NCBI GenBank assembly: GCA_011109175.1
Contig: RDEW01000064.1
Location: forward strand, 1-64,000
Direction of reading: 5' to 3'
Length of the DNA: 64,000 nt
Origin: Dicyema japonicum
Taxonomy: Eukaryota > Animalia > Dicyemida
This document shows positions 23,150 through 37,013 of this stretch, in pieces. A model generated the notes under the pieces. That model was not told the DNA's origin. It did no database searches and worked only from the letters and a program-made list of their open reading frames with translations. Every line of letters begins with the position of its first letter. The stretch's first letter is position 1. The position numbers and the translations under genes are program-made.

Positions 23150-25930
23150 ATCTGTGATATTTTAGTTTCTTGTGGTGACGTGCATTCTTGTTTCTACTGT
23201 TGACAAGGAAGCATTTTCATCGGACCTATCTACGAAAGATTTTGATAGAGAAACCAATTGTAACGTAGATCAAGTGGTCAATGGGCTGTGTGAGACTCAA
23301 GAAAAAAGACTACCTCCTAGTCTGGTGTCACAGCCAGATTGCCGTGCAAATCTCCTTTCTTTAAATGCTATTATCGACCAAGTGGATTATAAAGACAGAT
23401 TTGATGGACGTCTAAAGTTGTTCGAGCTGATCAAGCAAGATTCGGGAGAATACTTCGTGGTGGCTAGCCGTTAATCACTTAGACTTTTCATGAGAAGCTT
23501 GGTATGTCCAATCGATTGCTAAGGTGAAGAGTTTGGCCAAGTTAAAGTGGTCAAAATCTAAGCCCTCTATGAATATTGATCATGGCAATAATGCATACAG
23601 CACGGAAATCTCTAATTTTAGAGTTTGTTCAAATGAATTTTGTGTCCAAATTAATCGAGTAAAATCCATGCCCCGTGTATTACGGAAGCCTACCAAAAAG
23701 TCCTAATCCACTTTCTCAACAAATAAATTCTCTCGGGGATTAACTCTTCGATATGGCAATATATCAATTCCTACTCTCCTGCTAATTTGGATGATTTTAC
23801 AGATATCGTTTATGCTGGGCATTTGATGCTCTCTCCATCTACGAGAAATAAGAGCCATTGGGTTGAGCGCATGCAAGGAAGACTTCTGAAGTTGAACAAA
23901 CAGCTCAAGCAAATCTCGGTGCTTGTCGAACAGAAGGGAAATAAGAGGTTCGATGACGATACGAGAGATACACTGTGCCATTGTGGATATCGAAATTTGA
24001 AGAAGGGTGAATTAAAAGAATAGTTAGTTGCATTCAGGATGAAATAAATATCGTGGAGAAAAAACTCAGAGTACATAAATCCCGGAAAGAATTCAGGAAA
24101 CAAAATTGGTGCTTTGAACTCAATCGGAGGCTTTTTTATAGAAAGTTAAATGGAGAAACCAGGGATGCCATATTCTGTTTTAAAGAAAGTGAATGTCTAG
24201 CATTTTTGGAAAATATTTAGGAGAAGCAAGGAAAACACATATCCGATGAGTAGGAGAGTTACTGGAGTAGAAGACACACTTGTAGACTGCAAGAAAGAAG
24301 ATATCCTTGAAATAATTAATTCCTGCCTAATTGGAAAGCCGGGCGGGTACAACTTTTTAAAAAAATTCACGTTGTCACCACAAATCTTTGTACTTCTGTT
24401 GGATCCTCTCAGCAGGATTTTGAATGCAAAATACCCAAAGATGACCATAGATTGCTTTGATCGAGGATCTCTTGCGTACGCCACAAATAATCTACTGTTC
24501 ATGGAAGACTTGAAAATATTATCCCACAAAGAGGATGTTGTTTATGATGAATGAAGTTAATATGTTCTTCGAAGCTACTGGACTTGAACCAAATGCAGAA
24601 AAATCGGCTACTAATGTTTCTGGGTTGAGCTCCCAAGCCAAACTGCTGGATGGAATGGAGGGATGTCGATACCTTGGTGTGTTGGAGGACAAAAATAGCA
24701 TCGTCTTGAAAAACGAAGTTGTAAGACGATTTTTAATGGAGTTAAGAATAGAATTGACAACTTGGCAGTGACAAAATTAAATTCTGGGAATTTGTTCAAG
24801 GCCATGAATGAGCATGCTTTATCTCTCCACAACTATTACATCGGATTAGTTGATATCGAACCAACTGAATTTGAACTCATTGATAAGGATAAACGAAAAA
24901 TCCTTGTAAATCATAGGATTCACTTTAAATCCGGAAACAAAAAAAGATGTATTTACCAAAAGATCAGCTCAAAAAGGGTCTAGTCTCCATTACACACAAA
25001 ATTGAACGCATGCTGCTCCAATTCCTATGGGATGTTGAAAAGAAATCATGCTATTGTCTGAGGAAGGCAGGAATTCTAGGGGCCTCAAATCAAAGAAAAC
25101 TCATATGGCCACAATAATAGAATTCTCTACCGAAAAAATAAATTTCAAGAACCCGATATTCTCAAAATGGACACATTGAAATAACTACAGAATAATGTTA
25201 TTGGAACAAATACGTGCAAAACCATTGCATGGAATACTTTTCAACTGTCTTGATGATAACAATGTTGATATAACAGAATCTTCCCTTTGGCTTTTGCCTA
25301 GAAACAATTCACCCAAATCCGATGGAATGTTGTGTCTAACTCAAGATCGTAATTTATTCTTCGATAGCATTGGCTCTATTTGTGGTCACTGTAGCACTGC
25401 TAAAAAAGTGTTGACCATTTGTCTAAAAGTTATAGTAGAATGCTGAACAGTGACTATCCTCGCCGACACAACGAGGAAATGAGATGTATTCATCTGCACC
25501 TTGTCGATTATATGGGACAAAACACTCTAAGAAGCTCAAAACACACTCTGCAATCAATAGTCGCCAATGTTGAAATTCGTGTGGAGACCACAACTAATAC
25601 CGAGACAAATATTGAGCATAACAAGCCTAATATATTTGTTATCGATAAACTGAAGATTACACTTATTGAGATTGGCATCACTTCCCAGCAGGCACTAAAG
25701 CAAGTCGAAGTGGAAAAACTGCACAAATATGAACTGCTTGCAGGCGAATTGGGACTAATACATAATGCTAAGGTTACATTGTACCAATTGTGCTTACGTG
25801 GGATGGAATTGTATCAAGGTTTTATAAAGATCACCATGCTTCGCTTAATGTGGAGAGTCCTATAAGAGCGCACATCCAATCTTAAGTGATCAAGAAAACC
25901 TTGGAGAGCATGCGAGTAGAACACAAATAT
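23150..25930 (+). mobile_element. R4/NeSL-like RLE non-LTR retrotransposon, degenerate
   Basis: QDEINIVEKK..FELNRRLFYRK; RT LSPQIFVLLLDPLS and NLLFMEDLK; C-terminal RHNE..CIHL, NKPNIFVID, LIEIGIT, EVEKLHKYELLA (PD-(D/E)xK-type). Confidence 0.8.
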
Positions 25931-26519
25931 GGACTTACTCTTTAAGAAGGATTGGTGGACGTTACCCTTAGAAAAGGACTAACGAGCCAAATATGCCACC
26001 TTGGACAGAAACAAAATGGACAAACTGGGACAACAAAGATTTTAGATGTTATTCAGGATGAGTCTGTGTTATTGGTCGGGTCGGGCCATAAGAGAAGGGG
26101 TATGTGTTAGGAGGATAACATAGAAGGAGCCCCTACATTAGTTAATTTATCTCTGACGTTAATCTTATTATTATTTTTTTCTGTATGAATAATTTATCAG
26201 CGATGAATAATTTATTTACATCAGAGTTGAATATGACATACAGAAACTTTCTTGAATTTCGCCACTTTTAAATTTGCAATTCTGAAATTTGCCATTTTTA
26301 TCGTTATTTTCTATTTTCCAACGATATTTACCAATTCTACAATTTATCACAATTTTTGAAAATTATTTTAATTTTTTAATAAAAATGGTTTAATGCAAAA
26401 ACAAATAGCAACGCAACGTCAGTAATGTTGGCGGGGACCACTTTGGATCGATTGCTGTGTTTATTAATTAATCGTTACTTTAAAAAAATTTTTTAAATCC
26501 AATTAAAGTATAAAATGCC

Positions 26520-27530
26520 ACGACCATCCTGGGGATCGATATATCATGAGCTTTCGACACCATTAGCCGACACAAGCTAATGGTTGTCTTTCATCAATTT
26601 GTGGACCAATCATTGCTACGGATAATCAGAGTACTTCTCTCAAGTACTGAACTGTCAGTCCGAATTGGGAGAACCATACAAAACTACAATCGGCACTCTT
26701 CAGGGAGACTCCTTCTCCTCCTTACTATTTGTTATATATCTCGAAGCTGCACTAAAGGATCTAAGAACTTGCTATGAAGGAAAAATAAACGAAGTCGTAT
26801 ACGCGGATGGTGTGGATTTTATATCCGAGGATACAGTAGCTCTCAAACATCTGCTGGAAAATGCACCGGACAAACTGGGGGAATGGTTTCTCATCGTTAA
26901 CCGAGCCAAAACGGAAATCACGGAAATCAAAAGAATGGAAAACATCCTTAATGAACGTTGGCGACATGTTAATAAGCTTGGATCCCTACTGGGGGACACA
27001 GAAGACATCATCAAAAGGAAAACACTTGCAGGAGTAGCAATGCGAAAACTCAAAAAGGGATGGCTGAAAGGACTAGATGTCAATCTGCGGACACGCATGT
27101 ACAATGCATTTGTGAAACCGATACTGACATACAATGCTGGTACTTGGGCCTGTACAGGTGCGGAATCAATGGCTCTCGATGGGTTCCACAGAAAACAGCT
27201 TAGAGTATTATTTGGCATGCAGTGGCCAGCCAGAATCTCGAATACCGGTATTTACAAAAAATGCAAGAGTAGGCCTCTAAGCCTGGAAATCACTGACGCC
27301 CGGTGGAGACTGTTTGGTCACGTACTACGCATGGATCTTGCTGCCCCGGCTAATGTGGCGATGGAGGACCATTTCATGTTCGAGGGCAAATGCTTCCGTG
27401 GCAGACCAAGGATGACCCTGCCTATCATGCTGCACAAAGACCTCCAAAGGATGAAGAAATGCCTAAAGACGGGAGACGATCTGGACAAGCTGAGATCGAC
27501 TGCGTGTAGGATAGAAGAGGCTAACTAATA
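26520..27530 (+). mobile_element. 5'-truncated RTE-clade LINE (RT C-terminal half)
   Basis: ORF 26665-27528: GTLQGDSFSSLLF, VYADGVD, LGSLLG, RWRLFGHVLRMD. Confidence 0.9.
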
Positions 27531-27649
27531 ACATTGTTTCTTGTATTGCACATGCTTTGCTATAACTATTATGGCAAGGCGATAAGTGCTGTAATAATAA
27601 TAAAGTATAAAATATATTTTCGTGTTATTGGCACAAATCATAGTTGTGG

Positions 27650-28080
27650 TTGCGCTCAGTGCAAGTTCTGAATGGAAGAGAGCCGTTCGACTTTCCCTAC
27701 CTTTCTGCGATCTTCAGAAGGGTGGTTTACCAAAACTCATATGTGATTTCAAAAAAGTAACAATGGAATCAAATATTATAACAAATCTATCCAATCTTTT
27801 TCCTTTTAATAACCATCTAATTTCTGTAGAAGCAAAATAACATAATCTTCCCTTGTTCAATACAATATTCACGGGAAGACGATCGCATTTATTAATAAGT
27901 TATTTTTTATTCTTTTGTTATAGTTTTGGTTTAGAATTATAAAAGATTCAATATCTCTTCCTAGTGATTGAGGTTGCTTGCGTTATGCGTCTTCTAATAA
28001 GCGAGATGGCTTCATCGCTTCATTAGAAATATCCCCACCACATTGCAAACACAAGGGTTTATGTGGATCCTTTGGACTTT
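27650..28080 (-). pseudogene. Internally deleted Charlie/Buster hAT remnant
   Basis: Minus strand: PLCLQCGGDISNEAMKPSRL (BED-finger-like) and STEIRWLLKGKRLDRF. Confidence 0.55.
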
Positions 28081-28129
28081 GAATAGCCATATGATAAATG
28101 GTTTCCTTGACGAAAAGTAGAGGGTATTG

Positions 28130-28450
28130 GCTTCTCACCACAACTCCTGCCATATCTGGAGTCGACCGAAAATACCCATTGCATTAAACAGTTTTAATCC
28201 AAGGAGTCCGCACCAGTCTTTTATCTTTTCCATATACACATTGAGTCTCCTCTCCGAGATCATATTCGATCTCGACACATCAGATTGTAGCACGTCGTCT
28301 TCGTATATCAGAGATCTCGTACTTGGTGACCTCGGAGACGGGAAACCGGCCATTAGAACATTAAAACCGGACGGTAGCTAACTGGATCCTTCTTTGGTCT
28401 TCCTGTTTTCGCTACCATCCGTAGAATCGTCTTCTTCAACTCACGTGGAA
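28130..28450 (-). mobile_element. Jockey-group RT fragment
   Basis: SLIYEDDV..RLNVYMEKIKDWC..GLKL. Confidence 0.5.
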
Positions 28451-28479
28451 CTTGACCAATCTTAATACTTGCATTGAAC

Positions 28480-28990
28480 ATGTCCTTGAGAACTTTTTGG
28501 GGGCCTTCTTTGAACATCCTGACTTTGATGAAATCACTGCCAGGAGTTTATTCTTGACAGCTCTTTTGCCATCTTCAAATCTTCTAGATAGATCTCTATA
28601 AATGCTGTTTTCTCAACACTGGTTCATAACAAGGAGTTTATTCTTGACAGCTCTTTTGCCATCTTCAAATCTTCTAGATAGATCTCTATAAATGCTGTTT
28701 TCTCAACACTGGTTCATAACAAGGAGGTCAATGATTTTGGGAGAAAAGTCTAGGCGGTCCTGTAGATCTATGCATCTCCTCAGTTTATTCTTATCGACAC
28801 AATCTTCTTGATGTGCCAGGGAAAATGGACAACATAGTTTCTTTAGTATATTTTTCTGGCAACATTATCCAGACAGTATAATATCAGATCCGTTAATCGT
28901 TTACTTGTTTTATCAATTTCCAGAGGAATCTTGGGCTCACTGTGGCCTAACATTAACTCCTTTGCAATGAACATCCTATAGTCATGCCAG
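28480..28990 (-). mobile_element. R4-like element fragment
   Basis: Nucleotide similarity to 50290-50650; contains a 90-bp tandem duplication. Confidence 0.6.
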
Positions 28991-29959
28991 TTTAGATTAT
29001 TCGCATTTTAACAGACAAAGACTCCAGGTTTATTAGATAGTTCTTTTTATATTCGATTATTTTTTTTAGACAGCTCCACCAAAAAGTCGCATGCTTGCAG
29101 ATCTACTATTGGGTCACCAACTTCTATGTGGGAGATGTGGGTGATTCTTAGATGTTCTTCATATCGAGACTTAGGGATCAGAGTGTTGGTTGATGAAGAG
29201 GATAAGTCGGTGCAAATATGAAAAACCTGTGGAGAAGAAGACAGCCTTGTAAGCATTAGTTGTTCATTTTAGGGGAAGGACGTTTGAGCCCAAGTGAGGG
29301 GTGGTCGTGGGTTAGTCTATGATGTAAGCTGACTTACGGTATTTGGTGGTATTTTGCCACGTGGGTTGGTCATCCTGTCTTCATTCTCTCCGTGAGCACG
29401 GAAAAGGTTTCAGGGCAGGATGCATTGGAAAACCAAAGTTCTGAACAATGGAAGTAGAGGATGCACTAGGCAGGAGGCATTGGAAAACCAAAGTTCTGGT
29501 AGATTTTTAGAATGCAAGCCAGCTACTTGGAATCTCCTTGGAAAGGTAAACCGCATGGCTCCTCTTAGGAATTGAAAAAGGCAAAGAGTAAGTAGGTAAC
29601 ACTGTGGGTTTTCTGTTCTTCTAATTCCCCTGTCCAACTAGGATGAAGTCCGATTCGAAGAACTATGCAAAATTCAGTGGAGACATTTCCAGTGCCAAAA
29701 TATCATTCAAGAGTGGAATTGCAGTCGACGGGTTAAAATATTGCGTCTATTCGTAGCGTTGTATGTTGTATGTTTAATCAATCACGTGCAAGCTTATATC
29801 AGATTTCTCGTTTTGCGAGGGAATGAAATTACTGTTTATTTATTTACTCCCGGTTTGGTTGGACGAGATTAGAACCAGGTCCTACTCACATCAGACACTT
29901 AGTTGGAAACTTCGGATTTCCGACGTCTCGACAGTGATCATGAGAAAGAGGAAGATAAG

Positions 29960-30790
29960 CCCTTTTATCCCCCACGCAGCTAAGTAGACATTTCTTGCAA
30001 AGTTACGCCACCACCTCGAACTTTTATCTAATTAACCACGGAAAATTTTTTTTCAGCTTCAGAATCAGCCGTGTCACCGTATTCTGCATCCCATATCTTT
30101 CTTCCATCTGAGGAACCCCATATCTGCTCAAAACATAACCACGTGGACCTCATTTTTCGAGAGCGCAACAGTTCCGTAATCAAACGTCCTACAAACGTTC
30201 AATTGGACCAAGCGACTCTACCCGTTCTTATCTTCTCCGAACTCAAATAAAGGCTGATCCTTTACCTCCCAACTGAATCATCAACAAGTGATACGAAGTA
30301 CTTAGAAGGTCGACCGCTAGAACAGAAATAAATGTAAGAAGATCATTTTGAGAGACAATTGAAAAGGTCGAATCGACTCCGGCTTACGGATCAATACCTT
30401 CATCGGAAATAATGAAACAAGCCTCGACGAGAGACAGTCTGCATCTGGAATTCTACCCGACTAGGATTGAAAAATATCGAGCACACCTCGGACCCGTCGA
30501 TATATACGAATACCACACAAACGATGCTGTGTCTGCGAACACTCGGTTGGATAACACTTGGTCAGAAGCTTTCAAAATAGGGTTAACAGTGGCAATTTCT
30601 GGTAGAAGATTCACACATGTGAACCTCGTCCTTATCGAAAATGTACAAGAACACAGTCTGAACACCAGGAAAAAATGCGAAGACTGCTAGGGATACCGAG
30701 ATCACCTGAATTTTTTCATTCTGGTTATGACGGTGGTTTTTGGTTAATAAAAAGGAATAGAGGTAGATAGGGGTGGTGCCCACATCGTAG
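29960..30790 (-). mobile_element. Highly degenerate CRE-like 3' region
   Basis: Weak motifs (SEAEKK..FEVVA; EFQMQTVSRRG) resembling the CRE endonuclease region. Confidence 0.4.
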
Positions 30791-30849
30791 ATAAAATTAA
30801 CAAACCCGCGTGGTCATATCTAAATATGTGTCTGATATTATTTAAAGTG

Positions 30850-31370
30850 AGACGATCTTCTGATTTCAACACACGTTTAATGATGTCCCAAAAAACCTAG
30901 CACGTGGTTTGAGTCTCTCACTAGAGATCACTTATATCACTATTATCTCAAATTGAATAGCTAACTCTGTGAGAAGCACCTGGTGTAATTTTCTGTGAGA
31001 GGATCTTCAATGTTCAAGGTCAACCTCTTGATCCCTTCCTCCTAGTCTGATAGATCTCCCATAGTTGGTAAAAAATGCTACGTGGGTGACTCAAGTTTCA
31101 CCTTTAGCACGAAATTTTAATTTAATGCAATTCAAGCGTAACAACGTACATTCAATCTCATTCAAGTAAAAGAGTCGGCTAACTTCAAAACAATTTGAAT
31201 CACTCTTCACGGGGACAAAATAATAAACGTTGTGCTAGGAACTGCCAGAATAATCACCTCTGACTTGTCGGAAACAGTAAAAACCACCATTTTAACAAAT
31301 TTCTGCGAATTCTTAATGATTTGTTCATCAAGGTAATAAAGCGGTAAAGTTCGCGCAAAGTCACCAACTC
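30850..31370 (-). CDS. Putative micro-intron host gene fragment
   Basis: 23-nt (gtgattattctggcagttcctag) and 24-nt (gtgaaacttgagtcacccacgtag) GT-AG segments join an open frame of about 100 aa (..KFVKMVVFTVSDKSE/HNVYYFVPVK..KFRAK/AFFTNYGR..); family and termini not identified. Confidence 0.3.
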
Positions 31371-31879
31371 ATGCTAGCATGTGATTTACACAAAAAACCG
31401 TCAAATCTATTTTTACTTCGTTTTTATTAATAAATTATTTGTTACAGTCCATACACGCGAGACGCCGTAAATGCGAGATTCATCACAAAATACAAAAAAA
31501 AATTTCTTAGTAAAACTTTAATTGAAAAAAATTATTAATAATATTAAAATTACATATAGTACATATTTTATTTAAAATATTAATTATAAAACATTTATCT
31601 AGTGAACCTAACACGTGATACCTTGGAAAAAATTAGAATTTACTGTGCTACTGGTAAGATAGATATGAGACTGGAGAGAACGGGCAAAAATCAAATGATG
31701 TGCCGAACAATTCATTTTCAAAGACCCTACATTATAAAAAATGGTATAGAACTTAGAATCAGCACTTGCAAGAGTTACGCGATAAATTTTCCATTTCGCA
31801 TGTCACAGGACGTCCACGAGCTCCTTGGATACAAGGACAAGTAGAGCGGTTTTTGTTTTTTATCTCAATAGATTTAACC

Positions 31880-34620
31880 AATTTTTTTTTTTTTTTTAAA
31901 TCAAAAATTTATTAACAATAAAATATTATTTATTTACTATGGGGGAGAGCGGCTGCTGACATCACGGAGTAAGCATTTCCGCGAATAACTGCGATACCAA
32001 TTCTTTGCCTCAGCCAGACCGCTTCCCGCACGTCTTTCTTGCGGTGGGCCAATTTTCCCTTGATTGCTTTTAGGAAAGAGGCTGTAATACTTCCAGCCGC
32101 ACCAGACGTCTCGATTGCTATCGGTACAAAACGGTAGCGGTCTCCAATTTTGCCATACTTTTTAATCTTGATTTTTTCGGGCAGATCTGCTGCCGATCCA
32201 GCAGACTGCGCCGAGCTCAGCATCATCGAGTTCGAGAAAGAATCCACAACAGTGCAGTCCCATACGAGCGATTTTCCTTCAGTGAACGGAAAGATAGTTA
32301 ACCCATCCGGTCTTTTCCCATCTCCGCGGTCCAATCCCACAGGTTCCAATACTGCCAGGAAGCCTGCCGCTTCAAGAGCTCGCAAGACAATGTTGTTCAT
32401 AGCAGCATGGCGGGGTGCTCTGCCCGCACTCCTTTTGCACGAGAGCGGGTGCAGCCCTTTGGCATCGACGATCCCTCCGTTCGACGCAAACATCAGCTCC
32501 CAGGCGTTGTGCGATTCCAATCCGAATACAGTCATCGTCCAATAGGGTCCCCAGGGAGCAAGACGGGAGTGCATCCAGCCACGCTTTGCTCCCATGGTTG
32601 GCGGCGGACACGAGGCATGCAAGACGATGCTGGTTGGCCTCAGACTTTAGCACGTCGAAGATATTCTTGGAGTAAATATCATCCCAGTCACGTTGCCTCG
32701 AAGGATCGTTCGGCATATCCAAACCAGTTTCACACTATTCGCAACGAGCTTCGTCGAAGACTTTTCCCCAAGAGAGTCCGGTTGTAATACGTAGGATTTC
32801 TTGGACCAAAAGGCTTCCACTTGAGAGCGATGACACATATGCTGGATAGGCGATCTCCAGCGCCGACCTGAAACCCGTTCTTCCGAGGCGTGTAGGAAGC
32901 TTGCATTGGTTCCAACTCGGCGCATCAAACTGGATGTTTAGAAGTAATTCAGCTGATTTTCTCAATGTTCTATCCAGTGACAGGAGGATGTCACGATGTT
33001 TGAAGCAGGGAGAACATCGGAGAGCATATAGGAGTTTGGGCAAGCCGATGCTATTCTTCAAAAGGAAGAACGCTGTATGACCATCGAGTAAGGAAAGTTT
33101 CTCCGTGACTCTGGAGAGTTCATCCTCTTTTGTTTGTAGATGGCTCCGCAGTTCCTTTTCGTCAAGTGGGCGCCCAAGAAAGTATGTCCGCTCCCTGGGT
33201 ACGACAGTAATTCCAGGTAATACCGAGTTGAAAGACTCGACCACGTTGATGAAATCACTCTCCGAGTATGTGATATTTATTAGCTCCGATTTCTTTATGT
33301 TTATCTCAAGTCCGAGGTTTCGTAGTGCTGGAACACCTCGCAGCATGCACTGCCGCCTCGCATCCGTTCCTTACACCAACCCCCAGTTGGAGGGGGGAAA
33401 ATTCTTCAGATATTCGGGAGAGACAATGCTGCATGCAATTTTCGCTGTCAATCTTCTGAAATAGTTGCCGACTGCGATGGTGCGGACCCCACCTTCAGGT
33501 TTTTTGAAGGCCAATAAATGTGCAATGAAAAGGAGCTCCCTTGCATGGGGAGGAATATCTCCGTTCAAAATACGCATAACCAGTTTTGTAATTGATTTGA
33601 CAAGGTTGCATCCAGCTTCTGCAGTAGCCTCCGCCGTAAGATCTTTGATGTGACCCGGCCGCAAGCCATCGATGCCACCACTGCTACTCGCCGCAAAGAA
33701 CGAAATGCCGCGTCGCACTTCGCCTTCGGTGACGGTCATCCTTGACAAATTTTTCGGAAGCACGAATGGGCGGTAATCTTCCGGAGCACATGGATGTTTA
33801 TGTCTGAGTAGTTCTAGCACCTCAGGTGTCGCAGCCATGAAAGTTTCGTCGCTGGCGACGACGCGCAACGCCGCTCGGACGTCGCCTTCGAATAGTTTGC
33901 GGTTCACTCTCTCTTTAAGTTTTTCCGGGCCATTCAAATAAACCGGAGGATTGGAATCAGAATGTCTTGATTTCTTGACTTCCGTCTTGGTGAGAGAATG
34001 CACATAAAAAACCTGGATGTTCTTCTTCATTTTTGAGGAAAGGGAGTTTCCAAGTGTCGTGCTTTCCTCTGTATTCCGTTGATCTCCCTTTGAGTCGATA
34101 AATGGAATTCCAAGGGCCATCGGAGCAAAACTGAGGAGTATTAGCGAGGCCTCTAGGTCGTCGGACGTGAGAGCATCGTCAATTGCAGAGGCCAGGCATG
34201 TAGCCGCGGGGATCCGGACGGGTCTTGGGATCCTGATTGGGATCTTCCTGGCTTTCCTTAGATCCGACAAGAAGAGCAAGAGGTTGTCCATATTATTGAA
34301 GTCTAGAGGCTCGTTTGGTTCAACGTGCTCGTTTGGAATGATCCTCGGGGTTTTCCAACCAGTTCCCATGCAGACACTGCAGTTCCAAAGGCAGAGCGAG
34401 CACGCAGCCCGCTGAGACATCTTTATGCATCCAAGGTGGAAAAAGTCACGGCAAGACGAGCAGAAAAGTCCATATTTGCGTGCATTGGCAAAACCGCATG
34501 TAGAGCATGTAGTGTCCAGTCTCTCAGGTGTAATGTGTCCATTGTATGAACGACGCTCCATGATGATACAATTATTCACAACAAGACAAACAATTTGTAT
34601 TCAATTAATTAAAAGATGGG
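31880..34620 (-). mobile_element. Near full-length CRE-clade retrotransposon: PHD finger, RT, RLE; frameshifted; poly(A) tail
   Basis: ORF 33371-34579 begins CSTC..CSSCRDFFHLGC..WNCSVC (C4HC3) then SSGGIDGLRPGHI, GVRTIAVG; 32735-33346 RT C-half; 31930-32622 DGKRPDG, WDCTVVD, FVPIAIETSG; T-run at about 31884-31898 on +. Confidence 0.9.
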
Positions 34621-35121
34621 TTTTTTCCACGAGTTCATTCAAGGGATATTGGAAGTTATATTGACTTCATAAAAGATATTGTACGGGATTATAGTAAATC
34701 AAAACTTCATACAACAAGACAGCGGCCTTTTGAGATTATTACAACGTCAAACTAACAAAGCAATCAATCGATCAATTATTATTGGATTTAAATTAGGAGT
34801 AGGTTAAAGGTGAACACAAGAGGAGAGGCCATAATTAAAATTGGCAAGTAGTCCGACTCGCTGTAAAAAAGAGTCTCTCCTTTAGCTTTATATATTTTAT
34901 TATATAAAAAATTAAAATAACTACTTCCGATTTATGTGTTCGTACTCTCAACATAGAATCAATTGTAATAGCTTTTTCCTTTATAAAAGTGTCGTGGTTC
35001 TATAACACAAATTTTTATTATCACGTAAAAGTTAAATCAAAATTATTCAATGACTTAACATATCTTTAATTAAGTGTGGCTGCTCTAGAGTTAATATAAT
35101 GGAATTATAAATTTCAAAAAG

Positions 35122-35193
35122 TTTAGCGTCCGGGAATAGAACCCTGGTATCCGAAATGAAAATCCGAAATCTTAACCACTAGACCAACGCGGA
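35122..35193 (-). tRNA. tRNA-Glu(TTC), probably a pseudogene
   Basis: Minus strand TCCGCGTTGGTCTAGTGGTTAAGATTTCGGATTTTCATTTCGGATACCAGGGTTCTATTCCCGGACGCTAAA folds as a cloverleaf with anticodon TTC, but has two acceptor-stem mismatches and one T-stem mismatch. Confidence 0.7.
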
Positions 35194-35259
35194 GTGTTTC
35201 TGTTGACGTCAACTATTGATGGCTTGTTAGTTAAGTATTTCCTATTTTACATAATTTTT

Positions 35260-35510
35260 TCATTTATATTTTCCTCGGACATTGTATTTTGAGAGGTGAC
35301 GCCGATGAAACCTGTATGTTTTCAAGCTCCTGTTTACTTTCCTTCAGGTTCACGTATAACAGAATGGATCGGATAAACGTTTTATAAAATTTAGTCCTAG
35401 TCCGAGTGAGATGTGCCTTCTTCGTACAAATATTCCAAATTTTCTTAAAGATAGTGCCCAGTAACTTCCTTCTGCTGATATCCCCGGGGTATCCCAAAGT
35501 GAGCAACGGG
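35260..35510 (-). mobile_element. LINE RT C-terminal fragment (RTE-like)
   Basis: LTRTRTKFYKTFIRSILLY. Confidence 0.4.
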
Positions 35511-37013
35511 AATTAAAAGTTAAATTATTATTTCTCAAACGTTCTTAATAATATAATCGTCAATATATCAGAATATGTTAGGGTACATAATATCTCTTTA
35601 CGGATATTTTTTTCAGTCAAGGTTCGCCGCGTGAGCAACGGGAATTAAAAGTTAAATTATTATTTCTCAAACGTTCTTAATAATATAATCGTCAATATAT
35701 CAGAATATGTTAGGGTACATAATATCTCTTTACGGATATTTTTTTCAGTCAAGGTTCGCCGCTCTCAGAATTGAAATCGCATTTCGTTTACGATTCGTAA
35801 AGAAATAGATTTATAAGCCTGTTCCTTTATCTCTTATTCTTTTTCCTCTTTACGACAGCGATCCAATGTGTTTCAGTAAGGTTAGTGATCTCCTTCTAAT
35901 GACTCCTCATGTTTCGAAGACGACTGGTCCAAAAATGAAATGTCCATCAGTAGATTATTATTCCTTTTTCACATCGATCCAATGCGTTTCAGTAAGGTTA
36001 GTGATCTCCTTCTAATGACTCCTGATGTTTCGAAGACGACTGGTCCAAAAATGAAATGTCCATCAGTAGATTAGTATTCCTTTTTCATTCATACAGTTTG
36101 AGACAGATGATCCTCCAAGTCCTTTCAATTTCGGGTCTGACAGAATTAGAACTTGTATACTTCATTCATAACAGGTTTTCTTAATATCAGAACATCAGAT
36201 TTCGGTTCTCCCAACTCCGTCACCTCTCCCTGACTCACAAGAAGGAAGGCTAATAAATTGACGCATGTGTTCGTAAATATCATAGAGTATTATTATTCCT
36301 GATATCCACGTATGTGAAGGAAACAATCAATTGAGGGTCATACATTAGCCTGCATGACTATTCCCTCTCTGGATGGCTAGTGAGACTCGCTCAAACGCCA
36401 ACAGCGTTCACGTAAATATCTTATTCGTGTAGAAGTCCGATTCTCTGACGACCCAGGAATTTCAGCGTCGAATATGGCCTGCTGTATTTGCATGTTGAGT
36501 TAACGGAAATTAGGTTTTTATGATCGATTTTGTTTTTCTCAGATAAATTAGTTATTTTTATTTTTACAAAAACACTAAGTTCTAATTATTGATCCTCCCA
36601 GACATAATTGACGCGGTCGGTTCAAATGGTAGTAATAGATATGAACTGGAATAGTCATTGAGTTTCATGGTTCGATTCTTACAACACTACCGACCTGGTC
36701 GTAGGATTCATTTTTGCCTATTGACTCCTTCAGAGTCATCACTTCATCCACATCTCTCAGGAGACGTCCATTTTCCAAAAAGGATTTTTCATCCTTACCC
36801 TACAAGAAAGGTTGCTACAATGGGGGATGTGGATAGACCTGGTGCCTTGAAAGGAAGCACTCATACCGTGGAAACTAGATTTACCTAATAAGCAATTTGT
36901 AGACTATCTTTTTTTTATTTTCAATTATTTATGATATGAATCCAGACTGTTGTTACCAAAAACGACATGTGTTGTATTTTTTATATATATTTGTGGTAAA
37001 GACAAGGAGACTA

